Counted from the stretch's first letter, positions 14,039-26,766 are shown. The stretch is 64,000 nt of DNA from Vermamoeba vermiformis (GCA_045837725.1 JBEWZL010000066.1:186001-250000), one strand, 5' to 3'. Numbers and translations: made by a program. Notes: generated by a model from the letters alone, not told the origin.

Positions 14039-14331
14039 GGGGGGGGGTCCCCCCCCCCCCCCCCCCCCGCCACATAATGTCAATGACTAATGACTTGCCA
14101 CGGAGTAGATGTGAACGAGTGCTTGGACCAGCCGTGCGATCCCAATGCGAGCTGCACCAACACAGCAGGCTCGTACAGCTGTGCGTGCAATGTGAACTAC
14201 AGCGGGGACGGCAAGACCTGCACGAAGACTGCTAGTCCGACACCTAGTACCAAACAAGTCTCGTCTGCCTCACTAATGAGCGGGCGCTAGTCTCTATAAT
14301 AGTGGCATTGTTTGTTATGCTCGTGTTATAA
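13109..14331 (+). CDS. Putative cell-surface protein: beta-rich domain, two EGF repeats, C-terminal hydrophobic tail; 5' end uncertain
   Basis: EGF-Ca motif DVNECLDQPCDPNASCTNTAGSYSCACNVNYSGDGKTC; tail ISIIVALFVMLVL* is in frame if 14247-14290 is an intron; the signal peptide is split across two frames. Confidence 0.6.
13950..14072. repeat. Homopolymer run cluster (poly-T/G/C), probable assembly artefact
   Basis: Consecutive long T, G and C runs unlike anything else in the window; lies inside an intron. Confidence 0.7.
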
Positions 14332-14765
14332 TAACGGAGAGTTAGCGATCATTCAATGAGATTTTAAGCAACACGAATGTGATTCGGTGTGCTCGGCGAC
14401 TAAAATATGTTCGTATGTTAATAGCGAATACTAGTAGTATTGTTATTCGTTTAATATACTTTGATTCAGTTTTCCTGTCAGTTTGAATTGGATCGGGAAT
14501 GAAACCTTTCGTGCCAAAAGATGAAAATTAAGTAATAGAGCTCACATTATTTATCGGCCGAACGTTAGGAGTAAAATTATTAATTTAAATTGGCGTAAGA
14601 CTGTCAAAAGTGAGCGGAGACTAATCCACCGATAAGTTGTAAATTGATAACACCTCATCTGACAGTTAAATTTTGTTAATAAGAATATTTATATCATATA
14701 TATTCTCGCCATCATATGTGCTCGGTAGCTCATACAAAGCGAGCAAAAATAATAACAGATCAGCT

Positions 14766-15873
14766 TCAAGATCGAGGCCACAATTCGTAAGCTCCAACAA
14801 GAGCTGAAACAATACCGCAAACACCGAGCCAGCCTTCAGAGAATCGTGTAGTAAAGCCAGCTGATTGTGTGGCCACGCACAGATCCGACAAATTCTTGAG
14901 GTAATTCAAGGCCAATCGTTTCTTCTCCTTCGCGAGTTCCTTGCCTTCGGTTCTGTGCAAACATCGAGTTAATTATAATGACCGAGCAGTATTATATTAA
15001 TGTAATATATTCATGACAGAACGTATGTTCGTAATTTACGTCCTTTCAGCAAAGTATTTTCGTTATTGAACGGATCTAATATTATTGCCGTTCCGAATAA
15101 ACAAATATAATTAATTTAAGAATTAATGTCATCGAATAAATAGCTACTAGATTATGCGTAAATAATAGCTTGGGATTGAAGAAGATCTGCTTTGGGATCT
15201 ACATACTTTCCGCTGGCCAATTTAATAGTGGTCAGAATGTCTTGAATGAGGGCAAATAATAGAGCCGAGAACCAGCCATAGCTGCTCCACTTGGCGTATT
15301 TCTTCTCGTCCACCTTGATAGCGCCGATGCGGTGCAACCAAACGAAGTGATCCCACCAGAAGTAATTAGCCCAACCAATCGAGCTGAGAATAGTCAACAA
15401 ATTGGCAATGGTAATATTGTTCAAGTTGAGTTCGCCCTAGCGATGCATATTAAGATTAGTATTTATTTATTTATTTTTGATATTTTTTGTTATTTCGGAT
15501 CAATTCGGTTTTTAAATGATTAAACACGTCCCGTGCATGCGATTAACGCATAATAAATTAGATGCACTATGAGAATGACTATATCTACTGGGAGATTTCA
15601 ATTTACCTTTCGGGTGACCAAGATTTGGTGAATCTTTTGCAAGTAAGTCAAAGATCTGAACAGACGCACTAATTTTCTGGCATTAGCAGTGCCCTTTTCG
15701 AGACTAACAGCGCGTTGCAATGATTCCTTATCTTCAGCTCTGAATTTGCCCAGATACCACTTTGAAAAGCGCGCCGAGTACTGAATCAGCTTAGACAACT
15801 TGTCGCGGCCATTGTTGTTGTCCAAAAGCTTAGCAAATGAAGCAAGATCGACTCTAATACGAGGTTCAGTCAT
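14766..15873 (-). CDS. PEX11: Peroxisomal membrane protein PEX11
   Basis: GRDKLSKLIQYSARF, ARKLVRLFRSL, C-terminal GVCGIVSALVGAYELW. Confidence 0.9.
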
Positions 15874-16230
15874 ATTGTGTTTTGTTGTAGTTTGAATGGA
15901 TATTATGATTGCGGAAGCGAGAGTGATTTTGACGGCTTCAGTGGGATCTCCGCGAAAACCTTCAGGAACTCAGCCGAGAATGAATAGCCTCAATGGCAGA
16001 ACTAATCGCCCTGAGTCGGTGTTTATTAATGGCGCCACTTCGGTGAACAACGTTAATGGCTCATGTGACAAATCCTCAGAAGTGTTCCTAGCCGAAAAAT
16101 AGCCAAATCATAATCGAGTATGGTTATTATTTACGATAATACGTCTTGAAGTGTAACAGCTCTTGGCTTGTTCTGTTTAGATCCGTTTTTGTCATTTACC
16201 AACGAAGAAAGAGAACATATATTGTTTAGG

Positions 16231-17773
16231 ATGGAAGCTTTCAGAAAGATATACCCCACAGAATTCTACAAGAAGTTTTTAGTTCAAAACGTTCGACCAG
16301 ATGGACGAACAAGTAGCAAAGTGCGAAAAACAACTGTATCTGCAGGTAAAAATTAAATAATTGCCATTATGTACCGAATATATAATGTTTAACCCATATT
16401 ATCAACCGCCACTCAATAATAAGCTAGAATGATTTTTCTGTAATTATTTTGATCATCTCTCATCGCGATCCGTGGTTGAAATTATCTTCTATTTCTCAAA
16501 TGGCGCTTAATATTAACTGCAATATTAGGATCCATATCGACGGCCGATGGATCAGCATTTTGTAAATTGGGCAACACTTCAGTCGTTTGTGGAATTAAAG
16601 CTGAAATTGGGGAAGTGCCGAATATCAAAGCAACAGGACCACGCCTTAGTAAGTGTTTATTATACTCTAATATTAATATAATAGATTATTCAGAAAGGTT
16701 TCAACCCTTTCGAGGTCGTTTTACCTTTGTTGTATGACACCCCTTTGACACGTGTCAAATGGAGGACTGTACGAGTTCTGATCACTAACACCTATCACTT
16801 ACAGTTGTCAATCTCGAGCTCTTGCCGCTCTGTTCACCGAATATAAAACCAGGCAAACCTAGCGAACAGGCACAAGCCACAGCTGAGCTACTCAATCGTG
16901 TCGGGTATGGACTTTCATTTAAACTTTTACCAGCAACAAGCATATATTATTCACTCGCAAAGGCGCGGTTAATATGATATTCAATTACCCTCAAAATAAG
17001 AGCCCGAGACGAGTTAATAAGATAACTTTATGTAATATTAACTTACCTGATTTTGTTGCATTACAGCCGCGATTTGTTGAACCACAAAGATTTGACAGTG
17101 TCAGTAGCCACACAACACAACGATAAAATGACAGATGTCAGTGACGAAGACGATGACAGGCCGAAAAGTGTCACGTTGAACTGGTTCATTTACGCGGATA
17201 TTTATTGCTTGGATTACGACGGCAATGTGTTTGACGCTGCACTTATTGCACTCGTGGCTGCCCTCAAGAACTGTAAGTACACTGCAGTCTTATTACTCGC
17301 GTGCTTATTATTAACATTTGCCTTAAAGTCACACTCCCGCAACTTGAAGTCGATGAATCGGGCGATGTATTTGCGGTCAAAGAGAAGGGCACCAAATTGA
17401 AGTTGAATATTCACCCTGTGCCCATTACTTTTGGTTTATTTGAAGAGTACGAAGCTATTACGAAGATACGTTACCGTGTTTCTTGTGCTTACATTTTTTC
17501 TTAGTTATGTGTTGGCCGATCCTAATATGGAAGAAGAACAATTGATCACAGGCTCATTCACAGTTATTTGCAGCGAACAAGGATTGTATTCGTATCTGAA
17601 AGCTGGTACGTAAAAAGGATAATCCACTTTATGACTGGGCCTGTAAATCCTAACCTCGATAATTAGGTGGTGCGCCAATCAGCGAGCAAGTGTTGCAAGA
17701 GTGCATTGAAAAGACGAAACAACGACTGAAAGAAGTGCACGAGATTATCAACCACGCGCTCGAAAGCAAATAA
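16231..17773 (+). CDS. EXOSC8: Exosome subunit RRP43/EXOSC8
   Basis: [62 protein letters not shown]. Confidence 0.9.
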
Positions 17774-17819
17774 AATCAGTGTACAGAACTTCACAGGTGC
17801 TCTTGGCAACGTATCAATT

Positions 17820-20176
17820 TTATTCGCTGGTGTCTACTCCTTCCATAATAGGTGCTGGACTAAACATGTCAGCATTAATTTCGTCAATTCGAGGTGGGAA
17901 ATCTAATTCGATCTCTTGACAGTCCAACCGCAGCAGATCCGCTTCACTGTTTAACATTGAGGCGATGCTAGGCACTGATCAAATAGTTAGTCCAGGGCTA
18001 CATCGGTTATTGATAGAAAGTACCTGTGCGACCCATGTCACCGTGCACAAGTTCTTTGACGTAAGTGCCTGCTTGTGTCACTAGATCCAACACCAAGTAG
18101 TGCGGCGAGACGTATGTACATTGCATGGAGTGAATTGTTTTCTTGCGCACTGCACTGCTACGTCGATGCAACACGCGGATAGGAGTGCGTTGATCAATAA
18201 CGAACTCCTCTGTGCGATTCAACTTGGCTGCTTCTTCTTCGGTTACTGCTCGCGAGGTCCAAACAACACATCTTATTTGTGTTAGTAATTATTTAAGAAC
18301 CCAATGCCAACATGTACCTGTAATGTTTCTTCTTGGTCTCTTCACCTTGCTGAATGATGTTGCAATCTTTCCTACAACAATGAGGTTAGAACACATCGTG
18401 TCGATGTCAACTTGACAATCGCATACTTCTCAATGCCCTGCAGATCGTGTACTTTCATTAAATCAGTGCTGGCATTGATCTTATCGCGCATTTCAGTGTA
18501 TTCTTCACGCGTGAATGTGTGTTTTCGGGCATTTATAATTTCAACACTGAATGGACGCCCGCGGCCCAGCATTCTGCAATAGGTTAGCTATGCTTAGTAC
18601 CTTTCAGCCACCATACCTCACATCTACATCTTCCCGCCCTGAGGTGGCAAATCGATATTCATCCGCCTTAAAGTAGTGTTTGATGACATTTTCAATGTAC
18701 TCCGTTAAGGCCGTTTCAGTTCTGCGTTCTCCATCGTCTAACACCCAAGGGGTTTGGCTCATCTCTCTTGAAAACTTTATATAGCGCCCTATGAAACGTT
18801 AGGTGTGCGAATCTCACAGATCTCTAGTGGATCGTACCTGCAATAAATACAGAACTCTTAAAAAATACTAAAAGGTGCTCCGCGGCAGTCTTAAGAGCAG
18901 GAGGAGGAATAGTAACGCCAGTCCTAAGCAAAACAAGAGCAGGTGAGCAAAAAAAGAATGGTTCCGCCCGGAATCGAACCGGGGACCTACTGCGTGTAAA
19001 GCAGATGTGATAACCGACTACACCACGAAACCAGCTTGTCCACGATTTCGAGGAGAAAAGGGTCACACCACTTCGGCCTACCTGAGTAAGAAGTTTGCTG
19101 GATCTATCTCCTCCAGCGTTTCTACTGCTCGTGCGGCAAAATCTTCGTCCATCTGTACAACGATAAACGTTTAACCCGATGTTAACAACCTTATAAATGC
19201 ATACCTTTCGCTTCTTGCGGCTGTGGCCTTCAATCATTTCAAGCACTTTGACATATTCAGCCTCGGTTTCGATGTGCTTAAAATTCAATCGTACATCAAA
19301 TGTACACTAAAGTAAGACCGTTAAATGATGCCCTAGCCAATTAAAAGCGTACCATGAACTTGAATCGTCTTTGTAGTCGCTGCAAGATAATCCAACCCAA
19401 CACCCACTTCATGACTTCTTTGACTTCAGGAGCACCCTCGTCGCTCTTGAGGGAATAAATTGAACACGTCCAATATTTCAAATCACTGGTGCAGACATTA
19501 GGCGAATTATCGTTCGTAAACTCTTGGTATACATACCCTAGCTTCTGCTTTAAATGATAATACATGGAAAAGTGTCTCACAATTGTTGCTGACGGCACAT
19601 TGACGGCTAATTGATAGTCACTGTCTTCGTAGCCGCAGTTGTTAATTCTATTCAGCAGTTCATCCTGCCACAATTCCGAACCAACTTGCTGAAGTATACC
19701 GAGGCATAATGGACACGCTATAAGCGTACTTAGTAAAACTATACTACGAACAGGCATACGTACTTGGATCTGTCGCTTCGTTTGTTGACAGTTGCATGTA
19801 CTCATCACGTATTGACTGATCGGGCTGTCTCGTGAGGATTGTACGGATTGATGCTTCTAAAAACTATTTGCGCGTGTTAAACGTTGATTATTTACAAGTG
19901 GGAAGTAGATCGGAAACAAAAATAAAAAAAATTAAAACAAAATTCAAAATAAATTACCTCTGTCTTCTCGCGATAGAATTTATATTCTCGTAAATGAATA
20001 AATCGACAAATACATCGTACGCAACAGCCAAGCCGTTTTAACTCGACAATGACTTTTGACTTTTCTTCCGCCTCTTGTACATCAGTTAAATACATAGATA
20101 TAATATCTGAGAAGTTTTCTTTGACATGTTGGACCTTTTCTTCAAAGGATTTTGGCGCTGCCGTTGTTTCCGTCAT
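17820..20176 (-). CDS. PUS10: tRNA pseudouridine synthase PUS10
   Basis: GRYIKFSREMSQTPW, SGREDVDV|RMLGRGRPF, QRTPIRVLHRR, TQAGTYVKELVHGDMGRT. Confidence 0.93.
18959..19032 (-). tRNA. tRNA-Val (anticodon TAC), nested in PUS10 intron 18924-19081
   Basis: GGTTTCG...TCTGC TT-TAC-AC GCAGT...CCCGG TTCGATT CCGGG CGGAACC A folds as a cloverleaf; followed by a TTCTTTTTTT Pol III terminator. Confidence 0.95.
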
Positions 20177-20351
20177 CTAGGTTTTGTTACAATGCCTCCA
20201 CCAACACTAACAATTCTCCAGTCCAGTTCAGGATTTACTGTTATCTGATGCTTACAAAAAGGATATTTAATTCCCTACATTTTTTTCAAGGAGGTGTCAC
20301 TCACCACCGCAATCGGTGCAAAGCGAACTAAATTTATTTACAGAAATGACA

Positions 20352-20540
20352 TTAAAAATGATGGTGGGGGTGGTGCGGCGGATGAGGATGTCCAAATGGA
20401 CCAGGAGGCGGAGGTGGGTGACCAAAGGGCCCGGGCGGAGGTGGATGGGGATGACCAAAGGGACCAGGAGGGTGATGAGGCGGGTGGTGTGGAGGATGGT
20501 GGGGAGGACCAGGAGGACCAGGAGGAAAGTGCGGATACAT
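20352..20540 (-). CDS. 62-aa His/Pro/Gly repeat protein (GPFGHPxPP repeats)
   Basis: ATG-to-TAA ORF spans the whole GC-rich repeat island; AATAAA just downstream on the minus strand. Confidence 0.55.
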   Translation of the reverse strand: MYPHFPPGPPGPPHHPPHHPPHHPPGPFGHPHPPPPGPFGHPPPPPGPFGHPHPPHHPHHHF

Positions 20541-20748
20541 CGCTAAGAGTGGAGTGAAATTAAATAAAAGTGTCGCCTGCTGGGCTATTTGACGAATTCC
20601 CCTGTCTCATACTGTCTAACGCATACTGCGGAATTGATTTGACATCTACAACCTCATACGCGTAACAATAATTCTTCTTGGCATTTAAGTGTCTTTTCTT
20701 GAATAAATTCGCGATGTGCATCAACGCTGACGAGTGGTAACATTAATT

Positions 20749-21839
20749 TTAATTGAGACCCTGCGAGAATGGTTTGAATATTTTGAACGGATAATCAAAG
20801 TCACCCGTGAACAGAGGTTTGATTGGTTCGCGCTGTGGTGTCTGTTCAACAGTGTTCTTCTTCTCTGCCTCACCCTCTTCCTCTTCACTCGAGGTCCAGT
20901 CATCGTCTTCATCTCCGACTGGCTCTGCGTCATCTTCCACGGCATTGCGAATTCTGTTAGCAAAGCCAGGCTTGTCTTTGGGCTCTTCGTAACGTTTCAG
21001 TCCGAGCTCTTGCATGCGCACGCCAAGACACACGTGCGTGATGAATTCTTTCAGGTCGTACGCCACTTTAGTTGGGGGCAGACCCTATCGTAATATGAGT
21101 GTTCGCATTCGATAGTATTCAGTGGGGTCGTGAATAGTACCTTCGGATGTTCATCAAAGCAGTAAATGGTGCACTCGCCTTTGAGCAGATCTGACTCTTT
21201 CCAGCCAAACCACAAGTTCTCTTCGACGTCATTTGCAAATGCAATCAGCTCCTATTGATATTAGTTAGTATGGCACTGTAGTGCTCCTCGTTTGACACTT
21301 GCATGCATGGGGAACTTGTGTTTGGGCTTGTAATTGCTCGCAGCGAATGCTTCTTTCAGTCTGAATGTGTGCATGCGTGGATCTGAAAATGACATTCGTG
21401 CTTGAGGACTAAGCGTGATATTAGTTAGTAACGACCGCAAGTACTAAACCACAAAGATTCTTGGACATTGAATAACTGGCAGGTCTGGGGTGATCTGCTT
21501 CACAATATCGGCGCTGATAATTTTAATACTGCCTGATAATAATTACCCGAATATTCTGACGCGACCAAGCGTGCCGGGTCCGATCTGTAATGTGAAGTCT
21601 AAATAATCAGCTGGAAATTTAATTTTAAGCTCTTCGCTGCATTTGTTGCAGTCTTCTAATGAGCCAGGTTTTGCTGAGGGCAGACCTATATTTAAATTAA
21701 TTTGTTTGGTTCGCTCGCTGACTAATGACAGGGGATCCAAAGCCCAGATCCGTCATTGTAGCTTACCAAATGGATTATTTTTTGTTACTACCTCGAGAGA
21801 GGTTAAGAAAGGTTGCCATTCGAAGTTGTTGACTTCCAT
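20749..21839 (-). CDS. SMI1/KNR4 (SUKH)-like domain protein with acidic C-terminus
   Basis: EELKIKFPADYLDFTLQIGPGTLGRVRIF, LIAFANDVEENLWFGW, IYCFDE, VAYDLKEFI; exon structure approximate. Confidence 0.65.
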
Positions 21840-21933
21840 CTGTGTTCGTTTGTTGGCGTGGCTGCGTAATTACTAATATCTATCACTTCCAGCGAAGAAC
21901 AACAGCTCAAAATTGTTAATTAAATATACAACA

Positions 21934-23008
21934 ATGCTTCGTAACATTATATCACCTGCCAACTTATTGCGAGGCTCTGCAGTATTGGTAAAGTGCAAAT
22001 TTTTTTGGATGTCAGATCCATCGCCACCAATTTTTAATATGATAATTTTAGCGTAATAACTCGTCTATTATTTCAATTAAATCGCGAAGCTTGTTTTCAA
22101 ATATGAAAACCAAGGCTAGATCTGATCGTGTCGCGATCCCTCTCGCCAGTCTGTGTTCAACTAAAGCGAACAGTAAGTACAGCAGCAGATTATACTTCAA
22201 TTATTTATTAATTTAAATATTTGCCATCAGAGAAAATTTTCTCAAGCCCAGTACCCGTAAGTATTCGACAGGTCGCTAATTACACTCGTGCTCATTACAA
22301 ACTGCCCTTAGAACTCTTATCAACGTCGCATGTTCGCCACTGATCCCGCCAAAGAGACTAAGGCCGCCGAAGCTCCAGTCGAAATTGAAATACAAAAGGC
22401 GCCTACTCCAGCCAAAGTATTGACGTACGCAGGTCTGTTGCCATTCCTCGCTGGCGCTATTGGTCCCTTCTTCCTGCCCATCGAGTACGTAGCAGTATTG
22501 TACTAGCATAACATACAACTATAACAGTCCCTCGCAGTCTGGCCTCGCAAGCAGTGTTCTATCAAATGACGTACGGTGCGAGCATTCTCTCTTTTGTCGG
22601 TGCAGTGCACTGGGGCCTCGCGATCAACAACTATCCGCGTCAACTCGCTAATGGGTGAGTGCAGTACTCGTGTGCTGATGTGACACGTGACACTGACGTT
22701 GTGTGGTACAGCACTGTCTCCAATGGTTGGGGTCAATATCTCTTCTCAGTCGTGCCCTCACTCGTAGCGTGGGGAGGTCTCACACTCGCCCCCTTCAACG
22801 GTACACATCTCTCATAGTAATAATGCACGATGTAACTCACCTCTGTACAGGTATGATTGGACTGTTGCTCGGCTTCACATTGGCGTACATCGGTGATGTG
22901 GTGGCACACAACAAGGGTCTGTTGCCCTCGTGGTACTTCAATCTCCGCACGCGCATCACAGTCCTGGTGCTCATTTCACTCGGCATCACGTTCCAATTCC
23001 TCGCGTAA
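21934..23008 (+). CDS. TMEM69: TMEM69/DUF3429 membrane protein
   Basis: LTYAGLLPF, QMTYGASILSFVGAVHWG, SVVPSLVAW, LPSWYFNLR. Confidence 0.85.
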
Positions 23009-23169
23009 ATCTACAAGCTTTTGTAATGTAATTATCCAGCGATAAATATTTATACAGCACGGAGTAGACCTATTTAGTATACTAAGGAAGGAAGGTGGCA
23101 CTGTTGGTTTTAACAAAATTTTATTACTCGATCTCTCACGGAGAACGAAGTACAAAAAGAGACAGCAGT

Positions 23170-24651
23170 TTAGTGCTTCTCGAAGTATTGCAACTTCTTG
23201 TTGACGTCAGGGACGATGGTGTCTGAGCCAGGGGTCCAGTTGGCAGGGCAGACCTCACCGTGCTTGTCGTTGAATTGGAAGGCCTTGACGAGACGCAAAA
23301 CTTCGTCGACGTTACGGCCAACGGGGGGCTCGTTCATGGTGATTTGGCGGAGAGTTTGGTGCTCGTCGTCGCCAATAATGAACAAACCTCTGTTAAGAAA
23401 ACACGATCAGTACCGGTGCAAATCCAGTTCTAGAACCTTCGCGATAAATTGTCCAAAATTATTCGTACGACAATTCGAATTGACTCAAAATTGAATTGAG
23501 TGGCAAGTAAAATTGCATAATAATAAATAATTTGAGCGATCCGGAAAAACGTTTCCACGTGGAGCGCATCAAGTTACCTCAAAGTGTGACCGGAGTTCTT
23601 GTACAAAACACCGTAGGTTTGAGAGACTTCGTGGTTGACGTCAGCGAGGAGAGGGTAGTTGATACCACCGAGACCACCTTGCTTGCGGGGAGTGTTGATC
23701 CAAGCAGCGTGGGTGTAGACGGAATCCACAGAAACACCAACAATTTCAGCACCAATCTTGCGGAACTCTTCGGCCTTCTCGCTGAAAGCAATAATTTCGG
23801 TGGGGCAAACGAAAGTGAAGTCACTATTAATTGTGGATCAGTTAAAAAATATTCTCCGACACATCAATGGAAGCTGCACTTACAGAGGGTAGAAGTAGAG
23901 AACGAGGTACTTGCCTAATTACACAAATTATAAAAATTAATAACGGCATTATTACGAGCGCGTGACGTCACTGGGCTTACCCTTGTAGTCCTTCAAGGAG
24001 ATTTGCTTGAACTCGCCGTTGACAACAGCCTCACCTTCGAAGTGAGGAGCGGGGTAGCCAATTCTGGGGTATGAAGTCAAAGAAGACATGGTGTTATGTT
24101 GTTTCGTCGCTGTGGTGACAAACAAAAAGGTGAGTTTTTTCGGGTTTTGAGGGACGTTGTGGTCAGAGGCTTTGGTCAGAGGCTTGCATTAATGAACAGA
24201 TCGGCTTACTTGACGAACAGGTGCAGCCGTCCGACTAATGACCGCTATTAGCTTGACTTCATGCCTTCGCAATGTTTGACCGATCCGAAAAAGATATTCA
24301 ATGATACGTAGATCCGCTTTAAGGCTGAGTTTATAAATAATTTTTGGGTAGAAAATTAGCATAATTATTAAAAGAGCGATTGGAGCTATAATAGCAAGCC
24401 TAACTTCAAAAAATATTCTTAAATGAAAGGTGCCGTACTTACCGTGAGGGTGTGCAGAGCCAAATTGACCGTAGCTAGGTACTCCATCGTGGGCATGCTT
24501 ATGTCCACAACCACAGTCTATTTGTCACACTAGTCAGTTTGGTTCGTCTTTCAAATAGCAGATCTAATGGCGGAACATTCGTCTACTTACCGGTGTATAC
24601 CGAGGCAATGCAAAGCAGTGCTACGAGCAAGATGATGCTTGATTTGTACAT
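23170..24651 (-). CDS. Typical 2-Cys peroxiredoxin; core starts at ATG 24089, with two upstream exons adding a signal peptide (PRDX4-like)
   Basis: [34 protein letters not shown]; exons 24651-24591 and 24517-24443 splice in frame to the acceptor at 24109. Confidence 0.9.
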
Positions 24652-24759
24652 AATGTTCTTGCGCTCCGTTGCAAAATCACACAATGCACTGTCGTTCTGT
24701 TGAATTGAGTTTTATTCCTCTATAATACAGTGTGTGATATATTAACATTAATAGGGCTG

Positions 24760-26766
24760 TTACTTGCCCTCGAGTCTGGCCATCTCTTTGTCGTACTGGC
24801 GCTGCCGTCGCACGAGTCCCACAGCCAGACCGATACCAGTGGCTACGACAGGCACCACGACGATGATCGCAATTGCCCAATCAGGTAGCGAGGGTGGTGT
24901 AGTGGTAGTGGTGGGTGCATCGCTCTTGCAGTCAGTGCGCGTGGCTGTGACGAGCACTGAGAACTGGCCTGGTGACTGCTTCGGCGTCTGTTGTACGCGC
25001 ACACATTGCACTGGGAGAGCAGTCGTTAGAGGTCTCTTTTGTGTCATATACATATGATACTTACACTCGTTCTGATTACTGATCTCCACCGAGGTGAAGT
25101 CACTGACACTGCACGCACTGTTGTACAGCAGCACGGTGCGGTCGAGCAGGCCAGTCTCGAGCAGCACTTCAATCTCTTCAGCACTCAGTTGCAGCACCAA
25201 TGAGCCGTTGAGCACTGGACAGCCCGTCACTGTGATCACTGCGCCGTCTGTCAGCGTCAGATTGGACTGCACAACTAGATCTCCAATGACAATCACGTTC
25301 ACTTGCACGGTCGAGGTGCTGATGACGAGGGTGTTGTTGTAGACCCACACGGAGGTGCCGTTGATGGTCTGACACTCCACGCCTGCAAAGGGTGCTGTGC
25401 CACTGCAGTCTGAGAAGGGTGGTGAGTGGTTATTGCATCATAGGCAGAGTCCTTACATGTATTGCAGTTCACATCTGAATAGCCCTGGCGACACAAACAC
25501 GCGCCTGTCGGTGATGGTTAGACAATGAAATTTCGTGTGCGAGGCACGTGACTTACCAGGGACAGTGCAGTACCCGCCAAAGATGTTGCAACCCGCGGCA
25601 CAGATAGCTGTGAGAGGTTTAATATGAGAGCAATGATACTATTGGATACTACGCACCGGTGTCACATAGAGTGCCTTGCCAACCATTCTGACAGTTGCAC
25701 TGATCTGGTGCAGTACATCCGCCATTCACACAGCCCGTGAGACAGACAGCTGAATGTTCGTTAGAGATTGTTTATGCCATATACGCTGCTTACCAGTCGA
25801 GCACACTGTATCAGTCCAGCCTGGCGTGCACTTGCAGGTCTGATCCAAGTCACAAACACCGTTCGTACAAGTTGGAGCGCATCCAGCTGCGACAAGCACA
25901 TTAGATGCATTGCACTAACAGATGTATAGTGACATGTTACGTACTGACTCCAACACATTGCTGCGTTTCATCGGCTAGTACTTGCCTTACATTGCCAGCA
26001 CTGTCGAGCAGTCTGGCAAAGGGTCAGATCCTAGAACTGGTCTTGATAGCCACTTACTTGACTCCTTTAAAGAATATCTTCTTATCTCCAATGCTAGTAC
26101 CAGGTGTATCGCAGCCCACTGTGATAGCGATGGGATTGCTACAGATCTGTACGTCAGTACAAATAATGAGATATTCATGGCTTGCAGTATTGAACTAACT
26201 TCACGTAGTCTGGCAGTGTGAAACGTCTAGTGTACCACTTGCGATAGGCATATTGCGATATATCCTGCAATTTCAGTTAATTCAGTTTTGTTGATCTCGG
26301 AATCATGACTCATTCTATTTAATAATTGTTCCAAATAATTTAAAATAAGTATTATTATACTTACCACACGAGGATGATTAATAAATCCATTCGCATCCAC
26401 ATTTCCAGAGTTGCGCAGATAATTGCTGCCAACATAACTGACAATATCGAGCACGCAATGCGTGTCTGGCTGGTCCCACCACAGCGTATATTCAAATTGA
26501 TCGCCAACCACTGGCGTCGTAGCACCGTCCAAGGGGTATCTGGTCTCCGAGTACAGATAGTTGTCTGCAGTGGCACAATACGCTATCGTGGCTGTGGCTG
26601 CAAAGCGCGTGCCATCACTGCCAGATATAGTCGGGTAGGTCGACGAGGGACAGTTGCGACCAGTCGTCAGTGGATTGCCGAACGGTGCGCATGGATCTGC
26701 GAGGGTCGAGGTCAGGAGCACCAACAAATAGGTCCCTATAATGAGACTCGTATTGGAGCCCCTCAT
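24760..26766 (-). CDS. Type I membrane protein: signal peptide, beta-rich domain, EGF-like repeats, TM helix
   Basis: MRGSNTSLIIGTYLLVLLTSTLA signal; Cys-rich EGF-like exons at about 25490-25890; TM WAIAIIVVVPVVATGIGLAVGLV followed by RRQR. Confidence 0.75.

Noticed and set aside
13785-14235. Poly-Lys and poly-Phe/Gly/Pro ORFs
   Set aside because: They come from a homopolymer cluster typical of low-quality sequence inside an intron
14247-14290. Apparent frameshift before the hydrophobic tail of the EGF protein
   Set aside because: A 44-nt GT-AG intron with a CTAAT branch site restores the frame
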